Notes: generated by a model not told the origin, from the sequence alone. A DNA stretch of 62,859 bases, filler included, from Octopus bimaculoides (GCF_001194135.2; 6 parts of 6 records of this genome joined end to end with filler, not necessarily neighbours in it); one strand, 5' to 3'; shown: positions 49,650 through 62,326, numbered from the whole stretch's first letter. Program-made: numbers and translations.

Positions 49650-51193
49650 TCAAGTTAAATGTCACGAATTTCTTCATTTGTTACTTGGCCATAATTCACG
49701 TCATAGCTAATTTCACTTATTTGTATCCCATCTTCTTCAATTTTGTCATTATGTGCATCTGGTGCATTTACCTCAAGGCCTGACAAAACATCCTGTGAGC
49801 GTGAGTTTAAGAGGCTGTTCTACAGTCTGTCAATGAGGAGCAATTCCACAACATACAAAAGCGCGCTTTATAGTTTCTTTATTTAAAGTGGCAACAGCTT
49901 GGGTCACAAAGTTCACTATCTCTTGATAAGAAGGTTTTTTTTTGCATTATCCTTTATTTGTATACTCATTTTTGCCATTTGAAAACCAATTCTCCAATTC
50001 AGCACGAAGAGCTTTATTGAAAGGACCAATAATTGATACATCTATCGGCTGCAAGTAAGATGTTTTAGAAGGTATAAGTTTAAGAATTGTATTCCTACGT
50101 TTGAACACTTCTAGGAGCTGTTTCCTTGTGCACTGAGCATTCATCCATGAATAGCACTGAATGTTGAGCATGGAATAGTTGTGCTGGTCTCTGCCCAAGC
50201 ACTTTCTCAGCCCACAGTTCATGAGTTCATATGTTTTTGATCCATTGTTGGAGACTGTTAAGTAAAATATTCATTGGGACCTTGATTCTAGGAACGTTTT
50301 TCAATCCTTTAAGGATAATCATTGTTTTCAACATCTTTCCTGCAGCATTAACACACAGCACAGCAGTAAAACGAGCTTTGGTAGCACCACTGTAGCTAGC
50401 AACTACATTTTTCTTGCCAACAAATCTATGGCTGTTGAACCCAACATAACAATGTATACAGGTGTTTCATCCATATTATAAATCTGGTCAGCATCCGTAT
50501 CTGCTGTTAATACTGGAATGCTATTTAGATAGTCACTGGCGATTTGTGTCTTTTCTCCAAGTGTTTTATTGTCTGCTTGATCAACATGTGTAAGCTTTCT
50601 CGCAGTCAGTTTATTCCGTTTCATAAAATTGAAAATCCATTTATCAGAATATCTAAAGCTGTTCATTTCAATTCCAAACCTTTTTACCAATTCAAAAGTA
50701 TATTCCCGTAAACGGCGATAATTTCCAATTATATTGTTTGCACGCTGAACTACAATCCACTGTATGAGTTCAGTCTCTAGATCTCTATGTGCTGGTCCTC
50801 TCCCTTCACCAAATGATCTGTGCCTCCTCTTGTCTGACATATTGATTAACTCAGTTTCTTTTGTGCACCATTCTCCCAATCGTTTTCTATCAATACCTAA
50901 GTCTCTCGAAGCAGTAGAAAATTGCCATAATGTTCTTTCACTCGTTTAATAGCACTCAATTTTTCACTAATGGTATATAATCATCGAATACGTTTTGATA
51001 TATTTTCTTTCGACTCCATTATTGGGAATAAAACTCCTTTGAATTTATCTACAGACGTAGAGCGAATGAATGTCTAAACAGAATGCAAACAAGAACACTA
51101 ACTCTGTTTCAATTTTTAACCACGTAAAATCGCCCATCCAAATAAGCGCCCATGGGCTATCTAATGTATGGGCGGATTTTCGGAAAACCCCGG
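49650..51193 (-). mobile_element. Degenerate pogo/Tigger-like DNA transposon (CENP-B HTH + DDE_1)
   Basis: LETELIQWI..QRA, FRYSDKWIFNFMKR, QIYNMDETPVY, TSYLQPIDVS..PF and AFVCCGI. Terminal TA|CCGGGGTTTTCCGAAAATCCGCCC at 51193. The other end was not located. Confidence 0.88.
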
Positions 51194-51772
51194 TATAGGG
51201 TGTAGTTGTTGTAGCTCAAAGTTTCTATTCATATTTATTACGGAATTCTCCCTCCGACTGAGTAAAAAGAGAACATTTTTTTGTTAATTTAAAGAATTTT
51301 TTGTATCAATAAGTTTAAATAAAAGGGAAGAGTTATTATATGTTACCAATATTATACTATATTATCATTTGTATTATTTACACGCTTTATTACAGTCTCT
51401 AGATTAAATAAGACCCTGATATCTAATTCATATACATATATATTCCATATATATTGTTGTTGCATGTTATTATAATAGTCAAAGATTGTTTTCGACCTAA
51501 ACGAATTTGGATTAATATTATGTGAGATATGCAAAAATATATTTGGATAGTTGTAGATTCTATTTACTTAATAATTTTGTCCGTTATAATTTTATTGGTT
51601 TTTGTAAAATTCTAATTGTTACGTAGTTGAAAAGTTAACGCTCACGCTCATAAACATAGGCATTTGAATTANNNNNNNNNNNNNNNNNNNNNNNNNNNNN
51701 NNNNNNNNNNNNNNNTTAATTAATTAANNNNNNNNNNNNNNNNNNNNNNNNNNNNNNNNNNNNNNNNNNNNA

Positions 51773-52312
51773 GTCAGAAGAAAAGTAATCGCCTTCCTTG
51801 AAGAAAATGACTTGCTGCCTGACACCCAACATGGTTTCCGACCAGGAAGAAGCTGCCTGACTCAGCTCTTACAACACTATGACTGGATGCTGAAACAGCT
51901 ACTTAACCACTCAAATGTGGAAGTGATATATCTCGACTTTGCAAAGGCCTTTGATAAAGTCGATCATGGAATGATATGTCACAAACTGCATGATTTCGGC
52001 ATAGTTGGAAAATTGGGAGAATGGCTTCATGACTTTCTGAAGGATAGAAGTCAGGTGGTAGTAGCCAATGGGGCCACTTCCTATGACACGCAAATAGTGA
52101 GTGGTGTTCTGCAGGGCACTGCTTTGGGACCACTACTGTTCATAATGGCCCTCTCAGATATGCCCTCAGCCACACAGAGAGCCACAATCACAAGTTATGC
52201 AGATGATACAAAAGTCTCACAGGTAATACAGAACCCTGAAAACACTATGCACCTGCAATGTGAGCTGGATGAAATATACAAGTGGGCTGAAAAGAATAAC
52301 ATGCAGTTTAAA
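51773..52312 (+). mobile_element. CR1/L2-group LINE reverse transcriptase, open 180-codon fragment
   Basis: QHGFRPGRSC, YLDFAKAFDKVDH, GVLQGTALGPLLF, YADD and WAEKNNMQF. 5' end at a gap; 3' end cut by the PLE insertion. Confidence 0.95.
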
Positions 52313-52396
52313 GCTAGTAATGGTAATATCCTGCTGTACAAAAGATGAAAGATCACTAAATGAATCGATGTATCTTACCTTGTCTTTGTAACCTGC

Positions 52397-53542
52397 CGAC
52401 TCAGACTTTCTAATCTTTCCTCTAACTCCCACATTTTCAATAAAGAGGCTGACTTTTATAATTCAGCCTTATTGAAGGCAGGTTACAAAGACAAGGTAAG
52501 ATTCATCAATCCATTTAGTGATCTTTCATCTTTTGTACAGCAGGATATTACCACTACTAGCAGGGATAAACTCAATTCTATTTCTTCCCCTTCTTCTCAC
52601 TTAACTGAGAAAGAGGCACTTACTTATAATCATTCACATAAAAGAGGAGGCTTAACCAGCTCTAAACACCTTAATAAAAACAAAAAACTTAATTTATTTA
52701 ACAATATCAATACTGCACCTAGATCTGATGACAACATCTGGTTCATCATCCCATTTGGGAAACAAGTTAAGTCCAATTTGGTTTTGCAATTCCACGACGC
52801 GGTGAATAGGAACTTTCCTAGGGGTTCTCATTATTACCCAATCATCAACACACAAGAGGCTAGATTTGGGTTTGCTAATACAAAAAATATGTTACAAATA
52901 ATATCTTCCCATAATTTTACACTTTTAGATTCACCTCTAGTCAGCCATACCAATTATGATGATAATAATAGTAATGATAATAATAATAATAATAATAATA
53001 ACAATTACTCCAGTAATACAACACACTCCTATGGTAGCAATAGTTATTTAGATAAAAATATAGGTAATAAGTACAACATTAGTAAATATAACAATAACTA
53101 TCACAACAATAAGATTAGTATCTCGGAATCTAATTGTGATAGAATCAAGTTTTTAAGTGTGAATGCTAGGACCAAAAATGTGGTTTATCAATGTAAGGTA
53201 ACAACTAACACAGAGGTCTCACATTATATTGGTTGCTCTTCGTTGCAGGTCTCTAGGAGAATCTCTAACCATTACTCATCCTTTAGGGATAGGAATAAAA
53301 ATAATAGTACCAGTTTTAGCAAGTTAATCTTGAAACTTAAGGACTGCAATAAACAATTCTCTTTAGAATGGTCAATACTGGCTACCTCAATACCCTACGA
53401 CAAGGGTAAAGATTTTTGTCCTCTCTGTAACTTGGAGCTATTCCACATTCTGTTTTCCAAGAATAATTTAGTGAACCAGATAACACAGAGAGCATACAGA
53501 TGCCAACATTGGAGGAAACACACCTACAGCTCGTTTCATTAA
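52397..53542 (+). CDS. PLE RT thumb + linker + GIY-YIG endonuclease (381 aa open, no natural start)
   Basis: RLSNLSSN..FN..YNSALLKAGY; NIWFIIPF; KNVVYQC..HYIG..RRISNH; W.IL; CPLC.LE..I; LVNQ..CQH. The GIY-YIG Tyr, Arg, Glu and Asn positions are present. Confidence 0.9.
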   Translation, partial: RLRLSNLSSNSHIFNKEADFYNSALLKAGYKDKVRFINPFSDLSSFVQQDITTTSRDKLNSISSPSSHLTEKEALTYNHSHKRGGLTSSKHLNKNKKLNLFNNINTAPRSDDNIWFIIPFGKQVKSNLVLQFHDAVNRNFPRGSHYYPIINTQEARFGFANTKNMLQIISSHNFTLLDSPLVSHTNYDDNNSNDNNNNNNNNNYSSNTTHSYGSNSYLDKNIGNKYNISKYNNNYHNNKISISESNCDRIKFLSVNARTKNVVYQCKVTTNTEVSHYIGCSSLQVSRRISNHYSSFRDRNKNNSTSFSKLILKLKDCNKQFSLEWSILATSIPYDKGKDFCPLCNLELFHILFSKNNLVNQITQRAYRCQHWRKHTYSSFH

Positions 53543-54360
53543 TTTTATCCTTTTTTACTAATTTTAGTTATTGTTTTTTTTCACCTACCAATATACTCAC
53601 TAGCTGACAGCCACTTTACATGTGGTATGAACTATAACCCCACTTCATACATATTTTTATTTAACTTTAGACAATAACAATAATAGTAATAATAATAAAA
53701 ATAAATTTATTTTTACATTTATAATAATAATAATAACAACAATAAGAATAATAACATTATAATATTATCTAAAATAACAATTATATCTAACTCCAACGCC
53801 AGTTGTTCACGCTCTTTCTCCTTCTCTAGTTGGTTCAGCAAGTTTATCCCTGACAAGTTATATTCGTAGAGTTTTAAGTATACTTGTATATATTTATGTA
53901 TATACTATCAATTTTATTGTAAGCATATTTATTCTTATTATTTCATCACTTTATAGTTTTGTACCTTGTATTGCCATTTATTTAGGTTAATTACCATAAC
54001 TTAATATGATACAATATTATGGTTAATTAATTATATTTACAATCCATCTTTAATTTTCCTTCCTTATAAACGTTTATTTACACAAATAGTAGTATATAAA
54101 GAATTCATTGGATTCTCTCCCTTTCTCCTTCCAATTACAAAACAAATTTTTATTACCATTATTATCAACTTTTAGATTTTTCTGCGGTTCATTGTCTTCT
54201 TTTAATTTAAACTCTTAGTATAGCATTCATAGCCTCTCTCCCTAAACAGCTCCCTGTAAATTAGCGTACTTGTTTCTAACGGTCGTTTAACCTAGAGATA
54301 TAGTGTTATTACTCGTACGTAACATTAGCATTCAGCACAAGTCTTGCATTTGTAATATGG

Positions 54361-54419
54361 TTCCCTGATGATGAAATTATGTGTATATACCAGCATCTCT
54401 TACTTCTTTGGAGTAGAGT
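54361..54419 (+). ncRNA. 5' half of a probable hammerhead motif (rest in gap)
   Basis: TTCC-CTGATGA (54365-54371), then a stretch ending in the hairpin apex CTCTTACTTC-TTTG-GAGTAGAG. GAAA is not visible. Confidence 0.4.
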
Positions 54420-56486
54420 NNNNNNNNNNNNNNNNNNNNNNNNNNNNNNNNNNNNNNNNNNNNTTAATTAATTAANNNNNNNNNNNNNNNNNNNNNNNNN
54501 NNNNNNNNNNNNNNNNNNNTATATGTATATACATATATATATATACACACACACACACACATACGCATATGCATAAACTTGTGTGTATTTATAACTGTTG
54601 AATTATCCTAAAGATATAAAGAAACATCTCTTTCTTTCATACACACGCATACACACACACATATATATATATACATACAGAGACACACATTATATGAATA
54701 TTGACAAACATTTTAATATATTTATAATCGAATCCATGCAAACAATACAGAAATAATATCTTTGAAAGGCAGCGTTGGGTGTGATATGTATGTAAATCTC
54801 TGAGAAAACATTGTAGAAATTAGTTGAATTAATCTCCTTCAGTGATCAGGTATTCATTTGTCCCTATGTGTTTGGAAATCAGGGGTCAGTATTTGACCTT
54901 GGTGGTGAGACTGGCTGTAGTAGTAGTAGTTGTAGTTAGAGTAGTAGTAGTAGTAGATTTGATGGTTGATAAGATGTCTAAAGTTATTAACACGGGTAGA
55001 CATAGGCATGTCTCATGCGGTAGCGATGGTGATGATGGTGGTGGTGATGGTTGTTGTTGCGGTGGAGGTGGTGGTGGTGTTGCTATGAAGTTTTGAGATG
55101 CAGTGGCATACAGGCAGCAACTTGATCAAAATCTTGCTTGAACCAGGTCTAAATTCTGGTGAGCAGAAATGGGTTTTTTTTTTATTAAATTGATTTTTTT
55201 AAAAATATATTTTTTATCATAAATTCCTTGTGTATGTTGCAGGATTATCTTGTGAACAATTTAGTAAAGACAAGACCAGGTGGTGGTCAATGAACTGGAA
55301 GGGGGGGGGGGTNNNNNNNNNNNNNNNNNNNNNNNNNNNNNNNNNNNNNNNNNNNNNNNNNNNNNNNNNNNNNNNNNNNNNNNNNNNNNNNNNNNNNNNN
55401 NNNNNNNNNNNNNNNNNNNNNNNNNNNNNNNNNNNNNNNNNNNNNNNNNNNNNNNNNNNNNNNNNNNNNNNNNNNNNNNNNNNNNNNNNNNNNNNNNNNN
55501 NNNNNNNNNNNNNNNNNNNNNNNNNNNNGTGAACAATTTAGTAAAGACAAGACCAGGTGGTGGTCAATGAACTGGAAGGGGGGGGGGTCTTTCCTTGACC
55601 CACACAGACGATAAGGCATGTTCAGTAGGGTGGGGAGCATTTGTGATTATGCTGAGGTTTGCTTTGAAGCCTTGATATCGGGACCCCCCCACCTCTCATC
55701 CCCTTCACCCCCACCTCCATCAGTAAACCAATTTGCATATCGTTAAACTGGGCTTGTAAAAACAATAACATCGGCTTTTTTTCAACTTACTTGTCCTTCT
55801 TCCGGAATACCCACGTACTTGAGTCCTTTTTCTTTTCCTTTTCCTTTTCTGTTTTTGACTCCCACCATTACCACCACCCACCTCCATCAGTCGGCAAGGG
55901 GTTTGTCGATCTCTGCAATGCCTGCTAAAAGACAGAATCATCTGTGAAGCCAGTTTATTAATACAGCTACAGGCAGTGTACTATGATGTGCACATCATAA
56001 TAGCACCTAACTTGCAGTTTGGCCACTTGGCTGGCTGGCTGGTTGGCTAGTTGGCCGTTCTGAGTCATTCAGAAGTTCACTACAGTGTTGTGTCACTTGC
56101 TCTTGTTATCTCAAGAGTGGCAGACCATAACCGCTATCCTCTAAGCAAGAAAACAACCCACATCTGCTTCTTCCCACTACATATGATACATAATTTTAAA
56201 AGTAAGGTGTGTTATACATACCTTTCCCGTTCATTGACATTTATTTTATCCTCACATGGGTTAAGACAGTTTGCCAGGGCCATTGCAGCTGTGGATGTTA
56301 TTGAATTCAAATCATCAACTCATTGATAAATGACCCACACCATGTTAGCGTTAAACAGCAGCTTGTGACCACAGTCTGGCTAGCTGTAAAACAGCTAGCT
56401 AGATTGTTATTTTACCTGGGATACTCATTTTTTCTGTATTGCTTTGTTGTGCAACCTTCATCATTCCTGATAGAAAGCTTCTTAGC

Positions 56487-56709
56487 ACCCTTTTTTTATA
56501 AACCATATATCTGTTGCGATGCGAAGACTTGTTTCAGTTAATTTTAAAGATGATGAAGAATTCGGTAAAATAACCCCATTGTTATTGACCTAGTTTTTGG
56601 AACATAAATTAACATGAAATTTTGTATGAAATGCTTTAATTTAGAACACCTTAAAATAGGGAGTTAGTATCATAATGTAGGGCAGTCTCAAAAGTGTCGA
56701 AAGGGTTAC
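56487..56709. mobile_element. Decayed piggyBac-type MITE
   Basis: Right end CGAAAGGGTTA. The body resembles a recalled octopus CCCT..AGGG / TTAA MITE. Confidence 0.45.
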
Positions 56710-57430
56710 TTTCTAGAAGTATTCCTTGATGGCGAAGACCCAAATTCTGTCTCTAAGCTCTGCTGTTAAAATGCATAGGGCTAAGCCACCAGTCTATAAA
56801 AAATACCCTATATTTAATTTAGGTCCCTTTACATTCTGAGTTCTACTCCTCTCAATTACATGGTTTACATAACTCGTGGGTGGGCGGGCAGGGTCCAATT
56901 ATAGGAGCACCGGTAATGTCCTGTTTTCAAGTCAATCGACTGGACCTTATTTCCCTCCATTAAAACTTTTGTTACAATGTGTCAATACTAGAAATCATTA
57001 TTATCATCGCTGTTCCTGTATGATGTGAGATTTGGAGCCAAAGTTAGAAACCTGTCTTACCATACTACCACCACCTCTTGCAACCTCTCTCCCTCTCTCT
57101 CCCTTCCACTTCCATGGTGTGTGTTTTGCAAGGAAGCAAAACTAGGTGGGGTCTATTATTCAAGAGATAAACCAGTCTACATCAGCAGAAAAAATTAAAA
57201 GAAGAAAAGAAAGAAAGAAAAGAGCTTATTCAGTGCCAAGGACTTGATTAACAATTTAGAAGCATGTCCCTTCTATTCTTTTTGTTGATTATTGCATTCC
57301 CTTCTAATTCCTTGTGTGGTCCCTAACTTCAGGCAGTCAAAGCAGGAGCCCCTATGCAAGCTGCATGACATCTGCTCAAAAGTGCAGCTAAAATCTCCTC
57401 AAACCACTCTACAATATCTTAAACCACTTG

Positions 57431-57658
57431 AAGGCAATGAGCTGGCAGAACCGTTAGCACAGTGGGCAAAATGCTTAGTGGAATTTCATCCGCCATCACG
57501 TTCTGAGTTCAAATTCTGCCTAAGTTGACTTTGCCTTTCTTCCTTTCAGAGTTGATAAGATAAGTACCAGTTGAACTCTGAACGTGGTGGGGGGATCGAT
57601 GTAATCAATATACCCCCACACTCCCCAAAATTGTTGACCTTGTGCCAAAATTTGATGT
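57431..57658 (+). mobile_element. Full-length SINE (4533 family), CpG-decayed
   Basis: Perfect 19-bp TSD CAATATCTTAAACCACTTG (57412 / 57659). Confidence 0.93.
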
Positions 57659-57689
57659 CAATATCTTAAACCACTTGCTAGTTATTTAA

Positions 57690-57725
<36 letters not shown>

Positions 57726-57965
57726 NNNNNNNNNNTAAAGGGTTAAAAACAGCAACAACAACAATCTGTTTTTTTGGTAGTTTTTAGTAGGTTCTGTTCA
57801 TTTAAGATGTCGAAGGAAACCCTTTTTGCTGGGAACCCCTGCCACAGCAGATTGCAGCACAGCACCAATGACCAGTTCCTACCTCGTTTCACATCACTTG
57901 ACCATTTTTGTTGTATGTACTATGGAGATAGAAAGAACCAAGAAGTTCAACTGCTGACTTCTAAC

Positions 57966-58000
<35 letters not shown>

Positions 58001-58849
58001 GTATACACACACACACCCAGCCTTAAATTTCCCAACCTGCCCCCTTGGATTTGCATTCTTTGTTGTTGTTTTTGTTAAAGTATTCTTGTCTATGATTGGC
58101 TTCATGTTGCCATGACAACACATTCATGTATCTTTGTCTCTGTGTGTGTGTGTGTGTGTGCATGCATTAATGTATGAATGCCAGATCATTGAGAAGGACA
58201 TCAGCCCAAATGCTATGCAGAGTATAAGAAATTATGCATTTGCATCTATGTATATACATGTACATTTGCACACACATAACACACAGACATATATATATCT
58301 ATATGCATATAAGTGAGTATGTATATATACACACCTATATAGTGTACTTATAAGAGATTATAATTCTAGCTGTGTCCTCATAAAGCATTATGAATAGGAG
58401 ATGCTACACGTTTTTCTACATGTATACTTTTGTAACTCCTATTCTGTAACGAAACATGTGTATTGTGGAATTCAAAAATTATCCCAAAGTTCTTTCTAGT
58501 TTTCTGTTTTGATACATAAGTATATCTATCTGTCTATCTATCTATCTATTCATATGTATGTATATATATATATGTGTGTGTGTGTCTATATATATATATA
58601 TATATACACACACGTGCATATACATACATACACAGAAAGGAGTGAGAGAGAGAGAGAGTGATGGCAAAAAAAAAAAATCCTGTAGAAACTTCAAAAATAT
58701 TGTAATTTCATCAACCCCCCCCCCCTGAAACATTTCAAATAATTTAGAACTCCCTAACAAACAAACTCCCTCTAAACTCTTACATCTGACCCCTTTTCAA
58801 TCAAATTATTTGCAATCAATACTGTTGTTGTTACCATCATCGCTACCAC

Positions 58850-58886
<37 letters not shown>

Positions 58887-60034
58887 AATACCATTATTAT
58901 TATTATTATTATTATTGTATCTTCATCACAATCATGATCATCATCTCTATTGTGGTAATTGCACTCTCAAAAACTATCTGTTACTCAATTTACTCACAGC
59001 CCAATTATTCCACGGCCAGCTNNNNNNNNNNNNNNNNNNNNNNNNNNNNNNNNNNNNNNNNNNNNNNNNNNNNNNNNNNNNNNNNNNNNNNNNNNNNNNN
59101 NNNNNNNNNNNNNNNNNNNNNNNNNNNNNNNNNNNNNNNNNNNNNNNNNNNNNNNNNNNNNNNNNNNNNNNNNNNNNNNNNNNNNNNNNNNNNNNNNNNN
59201 NNNNNNNNNNNNNNNNNNNNNNNNNNNNNNNNNNNNNNNNNNNNNNNNNNNNNNNNNNNNNNNNNNNNNNNNNNNNNNNNNNNNNNNNNNNNNNNNNNNN
59301 NNNNNNNNNNNNNNNNNNNNNNNNNNNNNNNNNNNNNNNNNNNNNNNNNNNNNNNNNNNNNNNNNNNNNNNNNNNNNNNNNNNNNNNNNNNNNNNNNNNN
59401 NNNNNNNNNNNNNNNNNNNNNNNNNNNNNNNNNNNNNNNNNNNNNNNNNNNNNNNNNNNNNNNNNNNNNNNNNNNNNNNNNNNNNNNNNNNNNNNNNNNN
59501 NNNNNNNNNNNNNNNNNNNNNNNNNNNNNNNNNNNNNNNNNNNNNNNNNNNNNNNNNNNNNNNNNNNNNNNNNNNNNNNNNNNNNNNNNNNNNNNNNNNN
59601 NNNNNNNNNNNNNNNNNNNNNNNNNNNNNNNNNNNNNNNNNNNNNNNNNNNNNNNNNNNNNNNNNNNNNNNNNNNNNNNNNNNNNNNNNNNNNNNNNNNN
59701 NNNNNNNNNNNNNNNNNNNNNNNNNNNNNNNNNNNNNNNNNNNNNNNNNNNNNNNNNNNNNNNNNNNNNNNNGCCCCCAACCCTACATTTCTGGGTTCCA
59801 ATCTTGTCAAAGTGCATACTTTGCCTTTCAGTCCTTCTGGGGCTTGTGGGCATCACTAAAGTAAAAAATACCCCTAAAAACAATGGACCCAAGATTCAAG
59901 ATACTCACCCTGTTTTTGTCTCCACCCCCACCTCTTTCCTTCATGATAGAAAAGAAAAAAAAAATGTAGTCTGAGGCCCTTGTGCCTACTTAAGAAAATA
60001 TCATCATTATAGTTATTATTATTATTATTATTAC

Positions 60035-60070
<36 letters not shown>

Positions 60071-60986
60071 GATTAGTAGTGGTAGCAGTGCTACTACAAC
60101 TACTACTACTGCTGCTGTTGTTCCTGCTAACATCATCATCATCATCATCATTGTTATTATTATTATTATTATTATTTTTATGACTCTGAGGAAATAAAAA
60201 AAGTGGAATCGCTAAAACAGCAGGGGGTGATGCGCCGTGTTCTCAGTTCAATCCCCCAGGAGGCTTGTGGGTCATGTTTGGTCGATCAGTAAAAACTAGT
60301 TAATGATCTCATTCAGGCTGGCATTTCAAGAACTGATTGATTCCAATTCACTGGCCCTTCCCATCCACCTTGATTAATAAGTCTTCTGCAACTTTGTGCC
60401 AATTTTATAGAAATTGGTTTCATCACCATTATCATCATCATCATCATCATGAATATCAATCATCCTCATCAATATTATTGTTGTTATATCCAGTGGCCAT
60501 CCCTGCTTCTGTGGGGTTTATAATCCAGTGTACTCTGTGAAGAGTACACGTGCTTTTGTACTCTGACCCTAGAGCGAGCTTTTCTGTTACTCTAAAGCAG
60601 TCATGGACAATTTGAAGACCACCAGGCTTTTTGAATGGCATGCCAAGCAAAAAGCTACCTTCGGTCTTGTTAGTACTGCGGCCCACCTGATGATAAGCCA
60701 TGTCTGATGTGGCCCCCCCTCTTGTATTATGTTGCCCACGCCTGCTCTAAAGTAAAGAGAGGTTCGGTTAAAAGCCATTTTGTATGTGCGTATGTGTGTA
60801 AGACAGAGAGAGAGAGAGAACTCAATAGGTAGTGTTTAAAACAGAGATTATGGGTATGTCCTCGGAGTGCTATCTTCCAGGTTTCTTCTACAAATGGTTT
60901 GCCCAGCAACTCTTCGGGAGTGCAGTAGTGCCAGAGTGGAGAGGAAACAGTTTCTGCATTGAGCAAAACGACCAAGAGCTTATTAC

Positions 60987-61019
<33 letters not shown>

Positions 61020-61099
61020 TGTACTTGCTTCGGCAGTACATATACTAAAACTGTAACGATACAAAGTAAATTATGATCGTTATTATTATTATTATTATA

Positions 61100-61247
61100 A
61101 TTGCTCTGAGTTCAAATTCTATCGTGGTCAACTTTGCCTTTCATCCTGTTGGGATCAATAAAATAAGTACCAGTTAAACATTGGGGTTGATGTAATCTAC
61201 TAAACCACTTCCCAAAATTGCTGGCCTTGTGCCAAAATTGCAAAGCA

Positions 61248-61250
<3 letters not shown>
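61100..61250 (+). mobile_element. 5'-truncated SINE (4533 family)
   Basis: CTGAGTTCAAATTC..GGGGTTGATGTAATC, (ATT)n tail. Confidence 0.8.
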
Positions 61251-61303
<53 letters not shown>

Positions 61304-62255
61304 TTCTGAACACCTTATCCAACTTGATTCTGTGACCTAAATTCACGACCTGATACCAACTTCTCCTCTTCCATCTTTTCTTCCGAAGAGTGGGTGAGTT
61401 GTATTTGTGGGTGAAATGTGTAAAGGCATTATCAAGAAGAGAGATACACGCAAGAGTCCTTATGAAGGCAAGTTTACGCTGGCAGCCGATTCAATCGACT
61501 TCTGTCTGTTACCCCCATCTTCTCTCCGCTACTTGCTGCTACTCCTTTGAAAGAAATGATCCTGGGCACTAAAAAAAGAAATAACAATCAGATTGTCATG
61601 GTTGAATTTTTTTTTTTTTCATCATGGGGTGGGGGTGGGGGCAGTTGAGGTGCACTGACCTGAGACTTAAACAGCAGTGACCTTTGGCTATCTATCATGC
61701 CCTGACAAACTAGAAATCCTTTATACATTTATACAACATTGACAGATATCATACCTGATTTGTGTATGATCTTTGAAAAAAAAATTTTTTTTTTTTTTGT
61801 GTGTGTTTTGTTAATATACCAGAACTTTCTATCTAAAGTACTTCATCATATTATATGAGATGGGGGGTGGGGTTCTGTTGCAGTTCCTGCTCGAACAAAA
61901 TACCATATGAGTTTATTTACTCTGACCGTTACTCTACTGTAGTCAAGACAATGGTTGTTCACACATGAACTGCAAAAGGTAGCAGAGAAAGAAATCTCCC
62001 TGAAATTATGAACACACACACACACACACATGCACACACACACACGCACACACACCAGTACTGTTTTAAAAAGTTCCTAAGAAAAACAAAAAAAGCCTGT
62101 AATATACAAATCTATAGAAAATTGAAAAAAAAAACCTAAAGACAAGATGGTCACATCTGAGATGCATTTCACTGCAGCTGACTTGGGACTAACCAACAAC
62201 AACAACAACAACACTTCTACAGCTGTTTCCTTCTAGGCACATAAGCAGTGGAAAA

Positions 62256-62326
<71 letters not shown>
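62256..62326. repeat. (ACT)n microsatellite
   Basis: Direct reading of the sequence. Confidence 0.98.

Larger units (their letters stand above)
52313..54419 (+). mobile_element. 5'-truncated, 5'-inverted Penelope-like element (C-terminal EN)
   Basis: 85-bp inverted 5' arm, open RT-thumb/GIY-YIG frame, long AT-rich 3' region ending in an HHR core at the gap. Confidence 0.9.

Noticed and set aside
51812-52348. LINE RT followed by GIY-YIG as a novel RT-nuclease fusion element
   Set aside because: Two unrelated elements: the PLE with its inverted 5' arm inserted into, and truncated, a CR1/L2-type RT.
4934-54519. Recurrent N44-TTAATTAATTAA-N44 blocks (4978, ~35797, ~47579, ~51716, ~54464)
   Set aside because: Fixed 100-bp spacer with stops in all six frames. 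It is an assembly linker, not biology, and adjacency across these joins is unverified.
55250-55590. ~60-bp direct repeat either side of an N gap
   Set aside because: Near-identical sequence ending in a G homopolymer on both sides of a gap is a typical unmerged contig overlap.
13479-59974. Long ORFs in the track rich in X, HT, YI, CV or poly-L/I/H
   Set aside because: Produced by N runs and di-/trinucleotide microsatellites, so not coding.
60686-60730. CTGATGA on the plus strand
   Set aside because: No GAAA/UH elements follow.
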